DNA of 64,000 bases from Mollicutes bacterium (lineage in GTDB: Bacteria; Bacillota_I; Bacilli_A; RF39; UBA660): NCBI GenBank assembly GCA_004552445.1, contig SFOJ01000007.1, forward strand, positions 9,266 through 73,265, given 5' to 3'. The notes beneath the pieces were generated by a model. The model saw nothing but the letters and a program-made list of their open reading frames with translations. It made no database searches and was not told the DNA's origin. The position numbers were made by a program, and so were the translations under genes. Of the stretch, positions 58,829 to 64,000 are shown piece by piece (position 1 is the first letter of the stretch; the number at the start of each line of letters is the position of its first letter).

Positions 58829-60021
58829 TTTTTCACCTTAATACTATTATTGAATTTATACATTTCTGTTTCATATTTGTTTTTTCTTGGCGTATAGTAT
58901 TTCCTTCCTTTTAGATTATCTGGCATGTATTCTTGATCTACCCAATAATTTGGATAGTTATGAGGATATTTATAATTTGGACTTGTTGTTCTTATATTTG
59001 CAGGTATTCTTCCAACTGACATGGTATTTATATCTTTAATTGCTTCATTAATTGCGATGTCTGCTGAATTGCTTTTAGGGCTAAGTGCCATATCTATTAC
59101 TGCACAAGATAATGGCTTAATTAACTCTGGATATCCTATTCTTTCACTTGCTTCGATTGCAGCAACTACTTTAGGACCAATCATTGGATTTGCAAGTCCT
59201 ATATCTTCATAAGCTATTACAATCATTCTTCTATATATTGAATCATAGTCTCCACTTACTATTAATCTTGCTAGATAATGTAGTGCTGCATCTACATCAC
59301 TTCCTCTAATACTTTTTTGAAATGCAGATAACATATCATAGTGACCATCTTCATCTTTATCTGTGAAAAATGATGGGGTATTAGTAGTTTCTTTTATATT
59401 ATCAATTGTTACTTCTTTATTATATCCGTAATAGTTAAATTCAATAAGATTGTAAGCAAATCTTATATCTCCATTTGATATTTTAGCAATATATTTTATT
59501 GTTTTATTATCCATTTTGATATCTGGAAGAACTGTCTTAACTCTTTTAATACCTGTTTCAATGTCTTCTTCACTTAAAGCATGAAGTTCAATTAACTGAC
59601 ATCTACTTCTTATAGCAGCGTTAATTGAATGATATGGGTTAGAGTTAGTAAGGCCAATTAAAATAATAAGACCACTTTCTATATAAGAAAGTAATATATC
59701 TTGTTTATCTTTATTCATTCTATGTATTTCATCTACGATAAGAATCATACTTCCATACATTTTTGCTTCTTCAATAACTACTTCAAAATCTTTCTTTGAG
59801 TTAATAGTGGCATTAAGCATTCTATATCTAGTGCCAAGTTCATTTATTAAAGCTAAAGCTATAGTAGTTTTACCACAACCACTATTACCATAAAAAATTA
59901 TATTAAAAAGTTTTTTATTTTTTACTAAATTAGTTAGTACTTTGTTTTTACCAATAAGATGTTTTTGACCAAGTGTCTCTTTTAAACTAGTAGGTCTTAA
60001 TTTATTTTGTAATAATTCCAT
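58825..60021 (-). CDS. rarA: Replication-associated recombination protein A (AAA+ ATPase RarA/MgsA)
   Basis: It contains LRPTSL.E..GQ.HL, GNSGCGKTT, VDEIHR and the MgsA C-terminal HYD.LSAFQKSIRGSD. Confidence 0.9.
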   Translation of the reverse strand: MELLQNKLRPTSLKETLGQKHLIGKNKVLTNLVKNKKLFNIIFYGNSGCGKTTIALALINELGTRYRMLNATINSKKDFEVVIEEAKMYGSMILIVDEIHRMNKDKQDILLSYIESGLIILIGLTNSNPYHSINAAIRSRCQLIELHALSEEDIETGIKRVKTVLPDIKMDNKTIKYIAKISNGDIRFAYNLIEFNYYGYNKEVTIDNIKETTNTPSFFTDKDEDGHYDMLSAFQKSIRGSDVDAALHYLARLIVSGDYDSIYRRMIVIAYEDIGLANPMIGPKVVAAIEASERIGYPELIKPLSCAVIDMALSPKSNSADIAINEAIKDINTMSVGRIPANIRTTSPNYKYPHNYPNYWVDQEYMPDNLKGRKYYTPRKNKYETEMYKFNNSIKVKK

Positions 60022-60153
60022 AGTACACCTCGTAAGTATTTTATCAAGTTTTTTATTAAAATTAAAGTCATTTAAAAGTCATTTTTGATATTTATTATTG
60101 TTATTGATATATTTATTTGTTATAATGAGTGTGCGTTAATAAAAGAGGAAACT

Positions 60154-61158
60154 ATGAAAAAGATAAAACTTAGAAGTATTTTATTAGTAGTATTAACAAT
60201 TGGGTTATTTTGGTATATATTGAAGGATAATTTTAGAGTGTCACTTACTTTATTGCTTTCATCTAATATATGGTATTTACTATTTGCAATAGTTACATAT
60301 ATTATTTATTTTTTTGTGGAAGCATATTTGCTTTACTTATTAATAAATAAAGTAAATAATTCTTATTCATATAAGCAAACTTTAGAATTAAATTTAATGA
60401 CTAAATTTTTTAATGGTGTAACTCCTTTTTCATTGGGTGGACAACCTTTTCAAGTGTATGAATTAAGTAAAAGTAAAGTTAGAGTTACTGAGTCTTTGCT
60501 AGTTATTGTTGAAAACTTTATAGTTTTACAAATATCTATGACAATTATGTCTCTAATATCTTTAGGTTTTTGTTTATATAATGGATTTGTTCCAACTAAA
60601 CTATTATGGATTTTAACTATAATAGGGGTATTTATAACGATTGTATCTTTCTTCATGGCGATATTTATGGGTTTGAAAATAAATTGTGCTAAGAAGGTTG
60701 GAAAATGGTTTATTAATATTTTAAATAAACTTCATATACTAAAAAGTAAAGATGAATCATACTTAAGATGGACTAATAAATGTGATGAATATAATACTAG
60801 TTTTAGAATATTATTAAAAGATAAAATGTTTATTATAAAATGTATATTTTTAAATATACTTTATATGTCAATATTTTGTATGATACCATTCTTTGTATTT
60901 AAAGCGCTAAATATAAATATTAGTATTAATATATTCTATGTGATTATATTATCATGTTTTATTTATATTTCTGCATCATTTATACCAATTCCTGGGGCTA
61001 GTGTAGGAATGGAATATTCATTTATTAATTATTTTAAATTAATAATTAGTGAATCTTTGATAATGCCTGGTGTATTACTTTGGAGACTTATTTCTTATTA
61101 TATTCCTATGATTATTGGTGGAATATTATTTAACATAAAAGATTCTATGAAAAAATAG
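60154..61158 (+). CDS. Flippase-like (UPF0104 / LPG-synthase TM-domain) membrane protein
   Basis: It has eight or so TM helices and the family-like segment FNGVTPFSLGGQPFQVYEL. Confidence 0.6.
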   Translation: MKKIKLRSILLVVLTIGLFWYILKDNFRVSLTLLLSSNIWYLLFAIVTYIIYFFVEAYLLYLLINKVNNSYSYKQTLELNLMTKFFNGVTPFSLGGQPFQVYELSKSKVRVTESLLVIVENFIVLQISMTIMSLISLGFCLYNGFVPTKLLWILTIIGVFITIVSFFMAIFMGLKINCAKKVGKWFINILNKLHILKSKDESYLRWTNKCDEYNTSFRILLKDKMFIIKCIFLNILYMSIFCMIPFFVFKALNINISINIFYVIILSCFIYISASFIPIPGASVGMEYSFINYFKLIISESLIMPGVLLWRLISYYIPMIIGGILFNIKDSMKK

Positions 61159-61228
61159 TTTGCTAATTGCAAACTTTTTAATTGCTTAGTTTTTCTATAA
61201 ATGATATACTTAATAATAGGGTGAAGAT

Positions 61229-62445
61229 ATGAATAGAGAAAATAAAATACTTTTTGGTGTATGCCTGGGAATAATGTTTCTAATATCAGTATCTACTTCA
61301 TATGGATACTTCAGTTCTACAATTAGAAACGATAGTGTAAAAGATCAAGTAGTTACAACTGGTACGTTAAGTTTAAGATATGTTGATGGTGCTGAAATAA
61401 ATATGCAAAATATAACTCCAGGAGCAACAGTTACAAAAACTGTTTATGTAGCAAATACTGGAACTTTAAATGCAACATATAATCTTGTATGGCAAGAATT
61501 AGTTAATGAAATTACTAATGATGAAATGTTAATTGAGGGAATATGTACTAGGCTTGATGGTACTAGCGAGAGTGTAAGCGGTACATGTAATAATATATCT
61601 AGTACTCCTATTTCATCAAATGTAATTAAGAGTGCTGTTTCTATTGAGCCAAATATAATTCATAAATATGATTTGACTATAACATTTAAAGAAGCTAATG
61701 CAAGTCAAAATTATAATCAAAGTAAGAAATTTAGTGGCGTTATCGGTGTAAAAGAATCAACAACTTTAGATTTTTCGAGTGATAGTTGGAATACAATTAT
61801 TTCAAATGTTAAATCAGGTAAGGGTTCTTCTTATGAAGTAGGAGCAACAAAAGAAGTAACTTTGAGTACACTTGGTACACATACTATTAGGGTTGCAAAT
61901 AATACATCGCCAAGTGAATGTTCTACAAGTGGTTTTTCACAAACTGCTTGTGGCTTCGTGCTTGAATTTGCTGATATTATTACAACACATTCTATGGATA
62001 GCAGCTCTTAGGTGGTTGGAATGAAACTGCACTTTATACATATTTAAATAATACTATTTATAATGAACTACCTAATAATTTAAAAAATTCAATAATAAAT
62101 ACTACTGTTGTTTCTAGTCCTAGTATTATTAGTGAAGAACATATAGTATCGACAGATAAAATGTACTTACTTGCTCCGAGTGAAATTTATAGTGATTGGA
62201 ATGATGAATATGATATTTCAAAGAATTTAACAAGACAGTTAGATTATTACAAATCAAAAGGAACTTCTACAAGCGTTAATTCTAGTGCTCTTAAATTATT
62301 AGGAAGCACTAATACTGCATGGTGGACTAGATCTGCTGATCATATAGATTCCGAATTTTTCTTTATGGTGTTTGCTGCGGGCAATTGTGCAAGTGATTCT
62401 GTTACTTCATCAGCAGGTGTTTCACCAGCATTTAGAATAGGATAA
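61229..62445 (+). pseudogene. TasA/camelysin-like secreted protein gene split by a frameshift near 62000-62011
   Basis: The frame-2 ORF (61229-62011) carries the SipW-type signal VSTSYGYFSS plus TTGTLSL...ITPGATVTKTVYVANTGTLNATYNL. The C-terminal domain (GGWNETALYTYLN...WWTRSA...GVSPAFRIG) continues in frame 1 from 62002 to 62445. Confidence 0.6.
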
Positions 62446-62523
62446 TAAGAAATTTACATAAACTTTGTAAAAGAACTATGAAATATTAGTTCTTTTGTTG
62501 TATAATGATAATGGGTAAAAATT

Positions 62524-63435
62524 ATGATAGAGATTGATAATAAAGAATATATTGATGATTTTAGTGATTATTTAAAAATAGATAAGAATTATAGTGCTAA
62601 TACTATAGAATCATATATAAGAGATATTAGAAATTTTTTGGAATATACTGATAAAGAGATTCTAGATATATCTAAGAGAGATATTGATAATTATATACTT
62701 CATGTACTTCCTAAATATAATGAAAGTTCTATTAATAGAATAATTGCAAGTATTAAAAGTTTTTTTAAGTATTTATCTATATATAAGGGTTTTATTAATG
62801 TTAGTGAAGATGTTGAAAGTCTTAAAAGAAAAAAGATACTTCCTAAATATTTAAGTATTGAAGAAGTAGATAATCTTTTAGATATAAAGTTAGTTACACC
62901 TTTTGATTATAGAAATAAAACTATTCTTGAACTTTTATATGCAACTGGTCTTAGAGCTACTGAACTTATAAATCTTGATTTAATTAATATAGATATTTCT
63001 AATATGGTTGTTAAAGTATATGGAAAAGGAAGTAAAGAGAGAATAGTTCCTTTAAGTAAAATTGCCGTTAATTATTTAGATTTGTATATTAATAAATATA
63101 GGCCGATGATGTTTGTTAAGAATCAAAAACCAACTGATGCGTTATTTTTAAATAATCATGGTCAGAGAATGACAAGACAGGGATTATATAAAATTATTGG
63201 AGAGATAGCAAGAACTAAAAAAATAGATAAAGAAATAACTCCTCATGTTTTAAGACATAGTTTTGCTACTCATATGATTGAGTGTGGTGCTGATATACGT
63301 AGTGTTCAAGAACTTCTTGGACATGAGAATGTTGTTACTACTGAGATATATACTCATCTTGCAAATAATTTTATAAAAGAAAATTATAATGAATATTTTA
63401 ATAGAAGTGTAAAGGAAGATGAAAATAATGTTTAA
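62524..63435 (+). CDS. xerD: Site-specific tyrosine recombinase XerD
   Basis: It contains ATGLRATEL, HVLRHSFATHMIECGADIRSVQELLGH and TEIYTH. It lies upstream of deoB, as ripX-drm does in Bacillus. Confidence 0.85.
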   Translation: MIEIDNKEYIDDFSDYLKIDKNYSANTIESYIRDIRNFLEYTDKEILDISKRDIDNYILHVLPKYNESSINRIIASIKSFFKYLSIYKGFINVSEDVESLKRKKILPKYLSIEEVDNLLDIKLVTPFDYRNKTILELLYATGLRATELINLDLINIDISNMVVKVYGKGSKERIVPLSKIAVNYLDLYINKYRPMMFVKNQKPTDALFLNNHGQRMTRQGLYKIIGEIARTKKIDKEITPHVLRHSFATHMIECGADIRSVQELLGHENVVTTEIYTHLANNFIKENYNEYFNRSVKEDENNV

Positions 63436-64000
63436 GAGAGTATTTTTAATTGTTATGGATAGTGTTGGAGTTGGATGTACTGAAGATTCTGATAAATATG
63501 GGGATAAAGGCGCTAACACTTTGTTACATACTATAGGTGATGCCTATAATTTGGATGTTTTAGAAAAACTAGGACTTACTAATTTAGTTGGTATGAATGA
63601 AGATAATGTTAAAGCTTTATATATGAAAGCTAAACCTCTTAATGTTGCAAAGGATACATTAAATGGTCATTATGAAATGATGGGAGCTGTAGCTAAAGTT
63701 CCATATAAAACTTATCCTGATGGTTTTCCTCTTGAATTAATATCTAAAATTCAACATGCAATTGGAAGAGAAGTAATAGGTAATTGTGTTGCATCTGGTA
63801 CTCAAATCATTGAAGATTTAGGTGAAATGCATATGAAGACAGGAGCTATTATAGTTTATACTTCTGCAGACTCAGTTCTTCAAATAGCTGCACACGAAGA
63901 TATTATTCCAGTAGAAGAATTATATAAAATATGTGAAATAGTTAGAGAATTAACTAAGGGAGACGAATATAAAATTGCTAGAGTTATTGCTCGTCCATTC
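63428..64000 (+). CDS. deoB: Phosphopentomutase, N-terminal part (runs off the window)
   Basis: It begins MFKRVFLIVMDSVGVG. The frame is open to the window end and overlaps the xerD stop. Confidence 0.8.
   Translation, partial: MFKRVFLIVMDSVGVGCTEDSDKYGDKGANTLLHTIGDAYNLDVLEKLGLTNLVGMNEDNVKALYMKAKPLNVAKDTLNGHYEMMGAVAKVPYKTYPDGFPLELISKIQHAIGREVIGNCVASGTQIIEDLGEMHMKTGAIIVYTSADSVLQIAAHEDIIPVEELYKICEIVRELTKGDEYKIARVIARPF

Overview
This is a very AT-rich Firmicute chromosome segment. Gene order resembles the Bacillus/Clostridia backbone (ruvA-ruvB-queA-tgt...spoVB, tcdA-rarA, xerD-deoB) and probably comes from a spore-forming Erysipelotrichia- or Clostridia-like organism. Most of the window is core housekeeping: dnaE 3' end, uvrA, lgt, trxB, rlmB, sigH, ruvAB, rnc, smc, def, trxA, queA, tgt, metK behind a SAM-I riboswitch, tcdA, rarA, xerD and deoB. 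The main observation is that the sporulation gene spoIVA is split into a 122-codon 5' segment (10190-10555) and a 369-codon 3' segment (23005-24114) by a 12,449-bp insertion (10556-23004). Joining the two segments restores one 491-codon ORF. The insertion ends with a large serine recombinase gene. Its termini carry symmetric 8-bp inverted repeats around a shared TGG core. Its cargo includes a MobV relaxase, a cadC-cadA metal-efflux operon, two membrane thioredoxin-like proteins, an IS110 remnant, a cI-like switch region and a small wHTH/OB-fold module. This looks like a skin-type developmental intervening element that is also a mobilizable island, sitting in a mother-cell gene that I do not know as a described target. 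Its recombinase appears to lack a conserved catalytic-domain segment. Other accessory features are: a sortase B with a Lys-rich tail plus two paralogous MucBP surface proteins with VPxT[G/A] sorting signals; a divergent SecA paralog translationally coupled to a SipW-like protein whose catalytic residues all appear substituted; three dispersed TasA/SipW-signal family proteins, one co-operonic with a type IV pilin-like gene and one frameshifted; a BclA-like collagen protein coupled to a glycosyltransferase; and a candidate 6S RNA upstream of tcdA. All calls come from reading the supplied translations and the DNA by eye. No searches were run.
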